Assembly: GCF_006345805.1 (NCBI RefSeq) | Contig: NC_043011.1 | Location: forward strand, 14,582,464 to 14,646,463 | DNA length: 64,000 nt | Origin: Octopus sinensis | Lineage: Eukaryota | Direction of reading: 5' to 3' | Part shown: positions 1 to 12,679 of the stretch, in pieces | How positions within the stretch are numbered: position 1 is the stretch's first letter | Layout of the letters: every line of letters begins with the position of its first letter | Translations under genes and position numbers: made by a program | Notes under the pieces: generated by a model | What the model was told of the DNA's origin: nothing | Databases searched by the model: none | Seen by the model: the letters and a program-made list of their open reading frames with translations, nothing else

Positions 1-150
1 TAAAAGGATATAAATTTCACCAGCCCATCGTTTATGTTCTGTAACTCTATGCATGATACCTGCTGCCACTCACAACACAGGATGTAAATTAATTTCACTA
101 ATACCTTACTCTCACATCTCTGTGATAAACTTCAGAATGGAACAATGTAA

Positions 151-858
151 GGATCTTTTCGGTTTGACTGGCAGTTTTTTAAAAATAAATTCCACGTCAC
201 TAAACACTTTTACACTTCGTATACTAGTAGAATGTGTTTATAAAACATCTTTTACTCTTGGCTTTATTAAGAAAATTCTATAGCTTGTAAGATATTTGTT
301 GTTTTTTTCTTCAATTTCTGCAATTTCAACCAATCAATGACGTCTATTGAGTTAAAAAGTATTCTGTGCCGTATGAATATGTCCCTCGTTTAAGAAACAG
401 ATTGGGTTTATTTACATTTCTGAAGAAAAAAGTACCCTTCCTCCACCCCTAACCCTAACCCTAAGCCTAACTAACCCTAACCCTAAAAGAGATTGAAATG
501 CAATAGATCGATTCTAGGGTCATAATTATGGGTGACAATTTCATATGACTCCGCTAGAAAAAACTGCCGTTCAAACCGAAAAGATCCGTTAGCTCCTCTT
601 AGATTCACCCTATTCCGACTATTGAGGTGAAAACATTCTGTGCCGTATGAATATGTCCCTTGTTTAAGAAACAGATTGGGTTTATTTACATTTGTGAAGA
701 AAAAAGATACCCTTCCCCCACCCATAACCTTAACCCTATCCCTAACCCTAACCCTAAAAGAGATTAAAATGCAATAGATCGATACTAGGGTCATAATTAT
801 GGGTGACAATTTCATATGACACCGCTAGAAAAAACTGCCGTTCAAACCGAAAAGATCC
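151..858. mobile_element. GG...CC MITE with internal (CCCTAA)n; composite of a full copy (151-587), a ~30 bp spacer and a second right half (~620-858)
   Basis: TIR GGATCTTTTCGGTTTGA(A/C)(C/T)GGCAGTTTTT; 8-bp TSD caatgtaa at 143-150 and 859-866 flanks the whole composite. Confidence 0.9.
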
Positions 859-1035
859 CAATGTAATGAATAAAAAAGAAATCAAAAAATTTTGTAAATA
901 AGCCTATGGCAAGTGAAATCTGTATTATGTAAAAAAGAATGTAAAAACACAAAAGCGCTGGCAGGGCCAGTAAAGCTACCCTGAAGTAAAAGAGGCTTTT
1001 TCCATGCACTTTCGAATATCACATTTTAATACTGA

Positions 1036-1398
1036 CTAGCACTATGACCCGGCAACGCCGGGTCATACGGCTAGTGCATGCATATACAGCTGCGTGCGTG
1101 CTCACATACATGCGAGTACTTTCCAAATCTCCGACCAGTCACATACAGCTAGCTGGTATTTAATTGGCGTATCAAGTTTCGGGCATTTTGATTGGGTTTT
1201 GGATAGAAAATTCGCAAAAAAGTCACGTCTATTGATTTTTTAATGGCTTTGTGGGGTGACTGGGGAAATGTAAAGATGTGCACGACCACCCTTGGACGGT
1301 TTGAATGACCATAGAAAGTGCGAGCCCTCTAACTGAAAAATGATGGATTTGTATAAAGGACACACACACAGACATTTTGCCGTTTATATATATAGAGA
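1036..1398 (-). mobile_element. Non-autonomous Helitron
   Basis: On the - strand: 5' TC(TCTATATAT), 3' hairpin tatgacccgg-cgttg-ccgggtcata followed by CTAG, inserted between A and T with no TSD; second copy at 19990. Confidence 0.85.
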
Positions 1399-2215
1399 TT
1401 ATGGAAGTTTTTTCCGTAAAAAATTAAACACGAATAAGGATCTATGTGCCCAGAAGAGGAAGTTGAGGGTGACAGGATGTGGCAAAGACGTTGCAGATAA
1501 TTAGATATTGTTCCAATTATGAATTTTGATTAAAAATTAAATTATTCCATTAAAATTTTTAATTTAAATTAAAGAACAGCAGAATATTAGAATATTTAAA
1601 ATGATTACACTGATAACAATTACAAGATCAATAATGAAAATGACGACGATGATGATGACAATGATGATGACGATGATGATGACGATGATGGCTAAACTTG
1701 TTTTCAATCGAATATAAATATAACGTAGTTATTTTCCCCAAGTTTTGGACACATTTGACAGCTCCTTTCTTTATATAATGTTACATTATAAGTCACGCAT
1801 TCATGCATATAAACACAGTCACACCCACAAGCACAAACATATAAATATGTGTATGTGTGTGTGTGTGTGTATATATGTGTGTATATGTGTGTGTGTATGC
1901 AAGTATGTGAGCGAGCAAACACCTCGCAAATACACAACACAAACAGAACTTACACATTTACACACACTTGTTCAGAAAATGAATTGAGATATGAATTCTT
2001 TTGGGAATACCGAATTTTCTTCCTTCAACTGATGCAAACACATAGCTTTCTCTGTCTGTCTCTCCTTTTCTTTCCCCTCTCTGTGTCTCTCTCTCCTTTT
2101 CTTCCCCCTCTCTGTCTCCCACGCTTTCGCTTTCTCCGCAACAACTCCTTATTTCTGTCATTCCCTGAAGGGGTTTTTCTGTCAGTGAGTGTTGCTTATC
2201 ATGTTCAATACCACA

Positions 2216-2227
2216 TTATATATATAT

Positions 2228-2297
<70 letters not shown>

Positions 2298-2314
2298 ATA
2301 TATATATATATGTG

Positions 2315-2350
<36 letters not shown>

Positions 2351-2361
2351 ATGTATGTATG

Positions 2362-2394
<33 letters not shown>

Positions 2395-2526
2395 ATATGT
2401 ATGTATTTATGTATATATATATATATATATATATACATATGTATATATATTTATATAGCTGCATACATACATATATACATATATATATATATGTATGTAT
2501 ATATGTATATATATATTTGCATGTAC

Positions 2527-2610
<84 letters not shown>

Positions 2611-2771
2611 CATATTCATACATATATGTACACACACATATATATATTTATACATACATGCACACACATATATAGATATATATGTGGTGTCCAGGCAAAC
2701 ATATATATATATATATATTATATATATAATATATATATATATGTATGTATGTATATATATATATATATGTG

Positions 2772-2815
<44 letters not shown>

Positions 2816-2990
2816 ATATATGTATGTATGTATGTATATATATATATGTATGTATGTATGTATATATGTATGTATTTATGTATATATATATATATATATA
2901 CATATGTATATATATTTATATAGCTGCATACATACATATATACATATATATATATATGTATGTATATATGTATATATATATTTGCATGTA

Positions 2991-3022
<32 letters not shown>

Positions 3023-3133
3023 TACATATACATATTCATACATATATGTACACACACATATATATATATATTTATACATACATGCACACACATATATAGA
3101 TATATATGTGTGTCCAGGCAAACATATATATAT

Positions 3134-3175
<42 letters not shown>

Positions 3176-3276
3176 TATATATAATATATAATATATATAT
3201 AATATATATATTATATATATATAATTATATATATATAAGTATATATGTATATATATACACATACATATACACACAC
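2216..3276. repeat. Complex (TA)n/(TATG)n microsatellite containing a ~420-465 bp tandem duplication
   Basis: Anchors atagctgcatac (2455/2920), tttgcatgta (2516/2981) and gtgtccaggcaaac (2687/3110) each occur twice. Confidence 0.9.
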
Positions 3277-3399
3277 AAAATAATGATGTATCCATCTATC
3301 TCATAATGATATGTATTTGACAAGTGTCTCTTACCATAGCTTCGAATTCTGATCGGAAATTGATAAATGTAAACTGTGCAGAAACTCTTCTCTATATAT

Positions 3400-3553
3400 T
3401 GGCGTGGCTGTGTGGTAAGAACCTTTGCTTCACAATCCCACTGCGTGGCACTCTGGGCAAATGTCTTCTGCTAGTCTTTTGCAATATCCTCGGGGCGACC
3501 AAAGCTTTGTGAGTGAATTTGGAAGACGGAAACTACAAGAAACGCGTCGTATA
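3400..3553 (+). mobile_element. 5' part of tRNA/CORE-type SINE (family B)
   Basis: ggcgtggctgtgtggtaaga...ctgggcaaatgtcttct...gacggaaact matches the full copy at 19340-19737. Confidence 0.75.
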
Positions 3554-3572
3554 TAAATAATCCCAGGTGAGT

Positions 3573-3618
3573 GTCACTGATGAGGATTAAACAAATCCGA
3601 AATCATCGATGATCTGGT
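3573..3618 (+). ncRNA. Type I hammerhead ribozyme in a probable PLE pseudo-LTR fragment (~3560-3800)
   Basis: gtca-CTGATGA-ggatt(aaaca)aatcc-GAAA-tcatcgatga-TC-tggt; intact core, palindromic stem III, AUC site; stem I is weak (2 G-U pairs). Confidence 0.75.
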
Positions 3619-3894
3619 TTTGTCTCGCTTGTTGTAGGAAGCTTGTCTCCCATGTCAGTCATTAGATAGGTGCTTCTCCGTGGCTAAGAATTTTCTGGCT
3701 CTTATTTCTAACAATGGTGGTGCTGACTAGTATTCTCTTAGTCACCGTAGTGTCACCTGTACTTGTGGCTTTTCGTTGTAAATTCCGAATAAGTCACCTT
3801 AATAATAATGATAATAATAATAATGATAATAATAATAATAATAATAACAACAACAACAACAACAACAACAATAATAATAATAATATATATATAT

Positions 3895-4204
3895 ATATCA
3901 CGTGATCACGTGACCGACCAGGCTATCAGATGTTGCCACACATCGCTGGTCACAATGCGCTTCGCATTGTTTTAGCCTTCAAATGACGCCACCCTACTGG
4001 CTAAGCGAGCAGGCCAACAGAAGAAAGAGTGAGAGAAATTTGTGGCGAAAGAGTACAGCAGGGATCGCCACTATCCCCTGCCGGAGCCTCGTGGACCTTT
4101 AGATGTTTTCGCTCAATAAACACCACAACGCCCGGTGTGGGAATCGAAACCGCGATCCTACGACCGCGAGTCCACTGCCCTAACCACTGGGCCATTGCGC
4201 CTCC
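3895..4204 (-). mobile_element. tRNA-derived SINE (family C), tail type 1
   Basis: Head ggaggcgcaatggcccagtggttaggg...ggtttcgattccc with A/B boxes; body shared with copies at 21007, 25339, 58281 and 63395. Confidence 0.85.
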
Positions 4205-4244
<40 letters not shown>

Positions 4245-4550
4245 GCCTGTGTGTCTTTGTGTCTGGGTTTGTTTCCCATCAACGTTGACAACCAGTGTTG
4301 GTCCGTTTACGTACCCAAAACCTGGCGTTTTACCACAATGAGACCGATAGAGTACCTGGGTCGTTTCGTTCGACTATACACTCTTCAAGTGCATAGCTGC
4401 GGTCTAACGACCGTAAGAGGTGGCCGATTAAGATATTTTATGCAGGTATTTCCCCTTTCTTCCGTTTTTGCTTTTCTGTATAATTTTTGGAACATTATTT
4501 GATGTAACGCTATGCGTGTTCTTATTTTTTACCCATTCAACACACACACA

Positions 4551-4593
<43 letters not shown>

Positions 4594-4602
4594 AAACACA
4601 CA

Positions 4603-4633
<31 letters not shown>

Positions 4634-5721
4634 TAACTATACTACAATGTTAACCGTCATCTAACAGGTTACTTTGGAAATATACTTTTGCCACGCGGGG
4701 AGAATCAGAATGCACGGCGTACATTTAATAATTGCAATTTTACCTTGTATAAAATATCTTAGCGCTTATACAAAATGACAAGTTAATACTAATTTTTAAA
4801 AGAAAAGTATTTATTAGTTTGAAATAAAATAGAAAAAACAAAAACAAACAAACAGTTCCTTATTTGTATATTTGCAATAAATATATATTAATATTTTTTC
4901 TAAATTTTATAAACGTAAACTCAATCTGTTCCACCGAAAATTTATATCTGCAAAATTTAAACTCCACTCATAACAACTGTATCAATTATCCCTCTTTCTC
5001 CCCCACTCTTCGTCTATCATTGTAATTCTTTCTCTCTCACTGTATGTGTGAAGCATTCGTTTACATATTGCCTGCCACCTAACCTAGTATGTGCACTCAT
5101 CCTGTATCTGTTATATTGTCTTTCGAAATCACTTAGTATTTTTTATATCTTTTACTTATTTCAGTCATTTGACTATGGCCATGCTGGGTCACTGCTTTGA
5201 AATTTTAGTCGAATGAACCGACCCTAGTATTTATTATATTTTAATCCTGGTTCTTACTTTATTGGCCACTTTTGCCGAACCGCTAATTTACGGGTACGTA
5301 AACATACGAGCGCCGATTGTCAAGCGGTGATGAAGAAGACACAAAGACACACACACACACACACACATATGGATGTACTTGCATAGCAAGTGACCTGAAC
5401 TGAGATCGTGTGCTGAAATAAAAACAATTGCAGTGTGGAAGGTGTTTGTAAGCCATTTAAAAACACAGAAAAACCGTTAGATTTACTTCAACATTTCAAT
5501 TTAATTCGCCAAAATATCTTCGTCGCTTTGAGACCGCGACCTGTTCACTGACAGAATTCCGTGCTGAGCACGCTCTGCAGTTCCTTGGGTTTGTGTCTAT
5601 GTTTTCGTTTCTCTTTGTGTTCGACGCCCCTTTGGTGTCCTGTACTCATATATGCGTGTATATGTACATGTAGAGGTAGGTACGTACATATATGTTTATA
5701 TATATGCATATGTTTTATTTA

Positions 5722-5769
<48 letters not shown>

Positions 5770-6287
5770 TCAAAATAGTTTGATTCAAATTCATTGGTAC
5801 TCTTGAGTTTCCAGTGTGATGCCATTTTGAATTTAAATGACAGAAGTTGATTGTTATTACCGTAAGGTGGACTACGACTGGTCGAGGAAGGTCACGTGTT
5901 GTCGGGGTTTGATGTTGGTATATGGGTAACAGCTAGCTGGAAAATATCGCCTGATGGACAAGAAATTGACCACGTGGAGGAGAGGAAATAGACCACGTGG
6001 TGATTAGAAAATCGGTCAGGTTGATGGAGGGGAATTAGGAAGAGGAAGCATGTGCAAGTATATAGTTCTATATGCGGGTGTGTAGATGTGCTCATGTGGT
6101 TTTGCTTGCATGCGTGTATTGAGGCGAGCGTGCGCATCTGTACATGGGCGTGCACGCGCACGTCTACACACCATAAAACACATACGCTTGGACGAACACG
6201 CAGTCACATACACGTACATACGCAAACATGCAGGCGCATACACGCACTCATATGCGTATTCATTCATATGTATATATATATATAATA

Positions 6288-6527
6288 CAGAGTTTGCTAA
6301 AAGTCAGTCGACAGTAAATCAAAAGCATTTAATTCCAAGATTAAAGCAAAAAAAATTATTTTATATGAGATTTCGCTAATAAATAAACTAATGTTGAACA
6401 AAAAACGATGATTTTAACTCACATCATTCGATTATTAAACATTTATAAATGGAATGAATAAATAAAATTGAATATTAAGTACTTATGGAACTTCGATTTA
6501 CTGTCGGGTGACTTTTGGACAACACTG
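6288..6527. mobile_element. Tc1/mariner-type MITE nested in the PLE
   Basis: Imperfect ~31-bp TIR cagagtttgctaaaagtcagtcgacagtaaa / tttactgtcgggtgacttttggacaacactg flanked by TA. Confidence 0.7.
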
Positions 6528-6635
6528 TATATATATTCGCATGCATTTATGCATGCATACCAGTGTTCGCGTATACACGCATGCGTGCACACATATGCAT
6601 TCGCGCGCGTGTGCGTGTATACTCACGCACAAAAC

Positions 6636-6777
6636 AAGCGTTGCAGATTGGTAAGCTTTCGGATTTGATAAGCGTTGGGAATTAATAAGCGTTGGGAATT
6701 GATAAGTCTTGGGAATTGGTATGCGTTGGGGATTGGTAAGCGCTGGGGATTGGTAAGCGTTGGGGATTGGTAATTGG
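6636..6777. repeat. 17-bp minisatellite (aagcgttggggattggt), about 8 copies, in the PLE 3' region
   Basis: Directly visible degenerate tandem repeat. Confidence 0.85.
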
Positions 6778-6892
6778 TGGTCCTGCTAATGAGGTTGGTT
6801 GGTAGCAGTGACCTTGGTGCTGTAGGTGCAGAGTAGTAGTCGGTGTTAAGGTGGTATATCCGGGTTGTCGGCAATCAGATGCCTGAAATTTG

Positions 6893-8040
6893 CTAAAAGG
6901 GCATAGCTCCGTGGCAGCAATACGATAAATCGTATTTGTTGTTGATGGATACTGCATGTTGTTGGAGGGTATGCAGTTTTTCGCGGTGTCAGAGTTGGCA
7001 TTTGGGGATGCCGTGTGAATATGGTGGTGCTCTGTCGACAATAGTTCACTTGATGCTGGGTATTTCATCGCGGAGATCACAGAGTCGCCAGAGAAAACGA
7101 GACAGGGAAGTAGAGTTCTGTCTGTCCCTGGATATGAACGAGTGCATATAATGGGAGTATCTCTCCTTGAAGTCATTAGCTGTCATACCCATAGAGCGCC
7201 TAGTAATGCTATCGGATGGTGTAAGGGTGGCTCTGTATACTACGGCACATAAGAGGCAAGATCCTTCTAGAGAGCACATGGTGGGGTTTTAGAAGTTTCA
7301 GGTTGGGGTTGGGGTGGTGTGGGTGCATTTTTGTCTGTTGGTGCTTGCGAGGTTAGATGCGATGTTGTCTAAGCAGGAGTAGCTCACCTTGACATTATAT
7401 GGGTTGAAGAGTTTGTAATATTTATGGCTTGTGGAGAAGTATTTCTTAATTAGCGACAGGAAGTCCCTAGCTACGTTGGTGGAAACTTCTAGGCTGAATG
7501 GGGCGGGGTGGTTTAAACCATATAATTTTCTTTCTCCTAATCCTTTTGGAGTGAGAAGAGGGTGTTTGGGGTTGTTCACATACGTGAACTTCTCAGTAAA
7601 CCCGTTCCTAGCCAAAGCATCGTTTAGTGGGGGGGGAGGCGCCCCTGAGGTTAGATAGTCATTTCCTAATGCCTGGAACCAGGTTTTTAATTACAGGGGG
7701 GGGGGTGAGATTTTGTGGGTGTATACTGTATCCTCGTTAGACTTCCTGTACGGGTAATAAATGCCTGTACTCAGGTCTAAGGCTACGTCCAAGAAATCGA
7801 CCATAGTCAGATTGGTGGTAACCGTAATGGACAGGCCGAACTCCTTAAATATTTTTGTCAAGTCCTTTCTGAACATGTCTATGGTGTGGCCGTTCATATG
7901 GTTTGAGGTAGTCAGGTCGTCGTTCCTATAGGGGGTCGACCTATGTAGGTCGGTACGTCACTTGAGGGTATCTAAGATGTATAACACTACGAGGTCGGCG
8001 ATTTCAGCCGCGTCAAAGCTCGCTATAGAGACGTCCAACA
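6893..8040 (-). pseudogene. PLE RT/thumb/GIY-YIG ORF remnant
   Basis: LDVSIASFDAAEIADLV (~FDVTMGSxDGAE), YRNDDL (~YRDDGL), VDFLDVALDLSTGIYYPYRK, KVSYSC, (TGA)NF*NPTMCSLEGSCL, VVYRAT..SMGMT..FKERY, STSLSRFLW, KCQL(TGA); stops and frameshifts present. Confidence 0.85.
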
Positions 8041-8294
8041 ATGAGCGCGTCTACACATCCACATATATAACTCTATACTTGCACATGATACCCGTTCCTA
8101 CTCCTCACAACTTGACCGATTTTCTGATCACTACGTGGTCTATTTCCTGTCCTCCACGTGGTCAATTTTCCTGCTCATCATGCGATATTTTCCAGCTAAC
8201 TGTTACCCATATACCAACATCAAACCCCGATACCGCGAGACCTTCCTCGACCATTCGTAGTCCACCTTACGGTAATAACAATCAACTTCTCTCA

Positions 8295-8359
8295 TTCAAG
8301 TTCAAAATGGCTGACGACTAGCATCACGCTGGAAACTCAAGAGTACCAACGAATTTGAA
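8295..8359 (+). ncRNA. Type I hammerhead ribozyme in the inverted pseudo-LTR
   Basis: tgg-CTGACGA-c-tagc(atcac)gctg-GAAA-ctc(aa)gag-TA-cca; stem I extends via ttcaagttc/gaatttgaa; GUA site at 8343-8345. Confidence 0.75.
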
Positions 8360-8433
8360 CCAAACTGTATTGATCCATACATGTAACTCCCAATAAATTT
8401 ATTGGGTGCCCTTCTTTCGTTTGCCCATTCACT

Positions 8434-8480
<47 letters not shown>

Positions 8481-8489
8481 TATATATAT

Positions 8490-8630
8490 ATGACGGGCTT
8501 TTTTCAGTTTCCATCTACCGAATCCACTCAGAAGTCTTTGTCCACTTGAGGCTATAGCAGAAGTCCAAGGTGCCACGCAGTGGGACTGAACCTCGAACCA
8601 TGTGGTTGGGAAACAAGCTTCTTACCACAC
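8490..8630 (-). mobile_element. Family B SINE, 5' part
   Basis: Reverse complement of the gtgtggtaagaagcttg...ggttcagtcccactgcgtggcaccttgg head. Confidence 0.75.
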
Positions 8631-8762
8631 TTTTACTCTCTTCCTCTCTTTCTCTCTATACGGTGTTAAACGTGAATGGGGAAAACCAACCGACTAACGA
8701 ACGAACATTCAACGAACATTTATATAGATACATGCATTTAAACATATGCATTGATTTATGTA

Positions 8763-10036
8763 CGAGGGGCGTTCAATAAGTAATGCCCCTGATCAACTTC
8801 CTATAGGAGTAGAGCAACGAAACTTGGCACAGTCATTAGTCTTTTTCTACATAGGAACCACCCAGAGTTACGCATTTCTCCCATCGTTTGAGGCAGCACT
8901 GGAGACCGTTTTTGTAGAAGAACCCAGCTTGGTCCTCCAACCACGACGTGACTTCAGAAATCAAGGCTGCATCATCTGGGAAACGCTTTCCTTTCAAAAA
9001 CAACTTCATGGCTGGGAAGAGGTGAAACTCAGAGGGTGCAAGGTCAGGAGGAGTTCATAGCCGCACGCCTGTGCTTCTGATCTGGCGACACGCGAGTTGT
9101 GGACCGGAGCGTTGTCCTGCAGGAGGAGGATGCCTTTGCTGATCTTGCCCCGCCTCTTGATTTTTATAGCTTCTCTTAATTTCCTCAAAAGTGAAGCATG
9201 ATAGGCTCCTGTAATTGTGGTACCCTTTGCCAGGAAATCTGTCATCACTACTCCGTCCTGGTCTCAGAAGACTGAGCATGACCTTGCCAGCGGAGGGCTG
9301 CACTCTTGCCTTCTTTGGAGGAGGTGAGTCACGGTGCTTCCACTGCATTGACTGGGCTTTGGTCTCTGAATCATAGTGATGGAGCCAGGTTTCATCCTGT
9401 GTAATCAGTCTTTTGAAAAATTTTGACTCATCTTCTTGGCACATCTCCAAATTCATCCTCGAGCACTCGACGCGTTCTTGCTTCTGGAAAGGTGTGAGCA
9501 ACCTGGAAATCCATCTGGCAGACACCTTGTTGCATATGCAAATGGTCATGAATGATAGTTTCCACAGACCCGGTACTAATCTTGACCTCATGGGCTATTT
9601 GGCGAATAGTTACGCGTCGATCTTCCAAAATGGCAGCCTCAACTTGACGGACAGATGCCTCATCAATGGCAGAAGGGGGACGACCAGATCTGGGAGCTGT
9701 TTCCACAGAGTTCCGACTATATTTGAATTCACGATGCCAGCGTTTTACAAGGTCATATGATGGGGTATCATCACCATAAGTTACTTTCATTTCATAAAAA
9801 GTCTCCCGTGGTGTGCGTCCTTTCAAATACAAAAAACCAGATCACTGCTCGACACTCAACAGGCTCCATTTCACACTTGACTCAGTTCAAACACCTGTAA
9901 ATCAGAAATCACAATTAGTTCAGAGCTGTAATTTGCCACGTAATCTATAGAGATATAAATAATTGCACATGCAAAATTTCAGCTAGATCAAACAAATGCA
10001 AGTGGGTCAGAGGCATTACTTATTGAACGCCCCTCG
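8763..10036 (-). mobile_element. Full-length mariner transposon (1274 bp), inactive
   Basis: TIR cgaggggcgttcaataagtaatgcc at both ends, TA TSD, transposase remnant inside. Confidence 0.95.
8836..9869 (-). pseudogene. Mariner (DD34D-type) transposase pseudogene
   Basis: HTH region and PRSGRP, KVSARWISRLL (WVPxxL-like), ITQDETWLHHYD, LLLQDNAPVH, partly deleted YSPDLAPSD region, ends YVEKD*; several frameshifts. Confidence 0.92.
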
Positions 10037-10429
10037 TATATTGTATATATTTCTATATATTTCCACACGCTTAGTAAGTTTAATTGTGTCTCGAGTGTAC
10101 AGGACGACTGGGCCCGAACCTATCACAATTTCTGTAGGGTTTGAGCGGTTTCGAGTACAGAACTCTCCCAGAACGGTACGCTGATCCGTTTCACTTAGCT
10201 GTCGATGGCACTTATTTCGGTTGAACTAAAACAAAGTAACATGAAATAAAGTCTCTTATTTTAAGGACACAACGCGCCGTCTCGTCCAAGAATCGAACAT
10301 ACGACCTACAGATCGCAAGTCCGACAGCCAAATCAATGAATCACGTGTTTTCATACATATACAATCACATACTTAAATGCATATATAGACATTTGTATAT
10401 ACAATTATATATATTTTTAGACATACAAA

Positions 10430-10497
<68 letters not shown>

Positions 10498-11744
10498 CTG
10501 TGTGTGTATATATATATGTATATACGCATACATGTACTCACACGTACACAAATATACACATATGTGTGTGTGTGTGTGTATACGGAGAGAGAGAGAAAAA
10601 GAGAAAGAAAGAAAGCATGGTTGTGAAAACACAAATATCCAATCCTAACTCTTTCTCTATAGTAATTTTAACAATAGTGTTAATGAACGTGGCGAGAGCT
10701 GAGTTGTCGATCAACTTCCGGTGACAACACGGTCAACTAATTTGTTACGTTCTTTGTTCAGACACAACAAAAATAAACTGCCTCTCATACACGTGAAACC
10801 TGAGGCATTACGACCTTCTGACATCGCTTCCTCTCTATCTTCTCCACCACTTCCCTCTTCCTGAAACGGCAGTTATTCATTCGTTCATATCGAGTTCACT
10901 TTGGAGCTGAGGTAGCTGGAGATTTTTTAAAAATAAATCCGCAGAGTCAGTGCTTCCATTAAGATGAACTGAACACAAATATTTCTCCGTCGAGGTCATT
11001 AACAACATTTGTATAGTTATAGCCATATGTTTAGTACACATTATTATCTCGCGAAATCAGTAAAAGAGCAATGCCATGGTCCATCCAGGACTGTTAGGAG
11101 GCAGGAAAGTATCCACAAACTGAAGACCTGGCTCGGATGCGTCCGTATAGTGGACTCAATTAGTTGAAGACATCTCAAAGCCTTGCAATTATCTTAAACT
11201 GGCAACGTATTAAGTTTACCACTCAAGTAGAACGCCACATCATTTTTGTTGAGAGTGATATGCTACTCCTTTTTCCTATTGAGGTCTTCAAGGAACATAA
11301 AAAATTTAAGGAAGCCTTTCCTCGACCTCAAGTGACTCTTAGCTGGTGTTTAGTTAAACACGAGGTAGTTTTAATCTGGAGGTATCTTTGACTGAAGAGA
11401 CACAACTAGGTCGAGACACTGTGATGTCTGAAAGTGTCATTACTTCATTGAATCGAGTGTGTGGTGAAAACACATCATCTGAAAGGAGAAAGTGTTCTTC
11501 AAGGAAGGGATACAACAGCGATTAGTATATTCATGTTAGAAGCTGTCGAAAGCATTGACAATAAATATTCACGTCTTTCTTTTAAGTCTTGCTCTTCTCC
11601 GTGCACATGACAACTTATCAGTTTTGCAGACATTATCACGCATCAGCAAATAATTTATAGAATTTCATAAACAAGAGCTGCCATTCTTCTTTAAGTTCGT
11701 TAACCCGATGGGAGCTTTGACGAAAAAGACACAATCAGGTCAAA

Positions 11745-12229
11745 ACACAGCAGTTTGCTTGACAACCACATGGTTCCAGTTCAGCCCCACTGCATGGCGT
11801 CTTGGGTATGTCTTCTACTATAGTCCCGGGCTGACCAAAGCATTGTGAGTGAATTTGGTAGACGGAAACTGGAAGAATCCCGTCGTATATATGTATATGT
11901 ACATATCTATGTATGTGCCTTTTCATTTCTGTATTTTCCCTCATCACCGCTTGACGACTGGTGTTAGTTTGTTTCCGTCCCCGTAACTTAGTGGTTCGGC
12001 AAAAAAGGACCGATAGAATAAGTATATTTTATCTTTTACTTGCTTCAGTAATTCTAATCGAACGAATGGATCCCAGTAAAGCCTGGTACTTATTCTATCG
12101 AATTCTTTTGGCGAACTGTTAGGTTACGATGACATAAACACACCAACACCGTTTGCTAAGCGGTGGTGTGGGACAAACACAAAGACAAAGATACACACAG
12201 ATCTATACTCCTCCCCCTCCCCCCACACA

Positions 12230-12275
<46 letters not shown>

Positions 12276-12552
12276 CGTTCTTCTTTCAGTTTCCGTTGAC
12301 CAATCCACTCATAAAGCTTTAGTCGGCCCGAGGCTGTTATAGAAGACACTTGCCCTAGGTGCCACGTAATAGTACTGAACCCGGGAACCATGTGGTTGAG
12401 AAACAAGCTTCTTACCACACAGTCATACTTGCTCCTATGAATCAGGCTTTGGTGTCAGGGGTCGATTTGCTCCACTAAAACATTTCAAGGCGATGCCCTA
12501 GAACTGCCGCAGTCAAATGACTGAAACAAAGAAAGGATAAAAGATAAAGGAT
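11745..12552. mobile_element. Family B SINE (+) interrupted by an opposite-strand family B SINE (~12030-12430)
   Basis: The + copy breaks after gatagaataagta and resumes at ~12458 (ggggtcgatttgctc...ctgaaacaaag). Confidence 0.7.
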
Positions 12553-12566
12553 AGAGATTAACTTAA

Positions 12567-12612
<46 letters not shown>

Positions 12613-12679
12613 TTTACTCACTACTGCAATAAGTCGGTAATTATATATTGAAGCTACTGATTACAGTGTCTGTCTACCT

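Larger units (their letters stand above)
5765..8375 (-). mobile_element. 5'-truncated, decayed Penelope-like element (Hydra-clade-like) with a 3' pseudo-LTR (~5765-6100) and an inverted pseudo-LTR copy (~8045-8375)
   Basis: RT and C-terminal GIY-YIG remnants on the - strand; 5765-6100 is a diverged reverse complement of 8045-8375; both ends lie near (TA)n. Confidence 0.85.

Noticed and set aside
445-486. Telomere or chromosome-fusion relic
   Set aside because: All CCCTAA tracts lie at the same position inside MITE copies
1704-3306. YI/CV/HT-rich ORFs here and near 10.4, 26.7, 56.3 and 58.1 kb
   Set aside because: Translations of (TA)n and (TG)n microsatellites
10930-11720. Possible very old LINE RT relic on the - strand
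   Set aside because: Only vague motif resemblance; cannot be supported without a profile search
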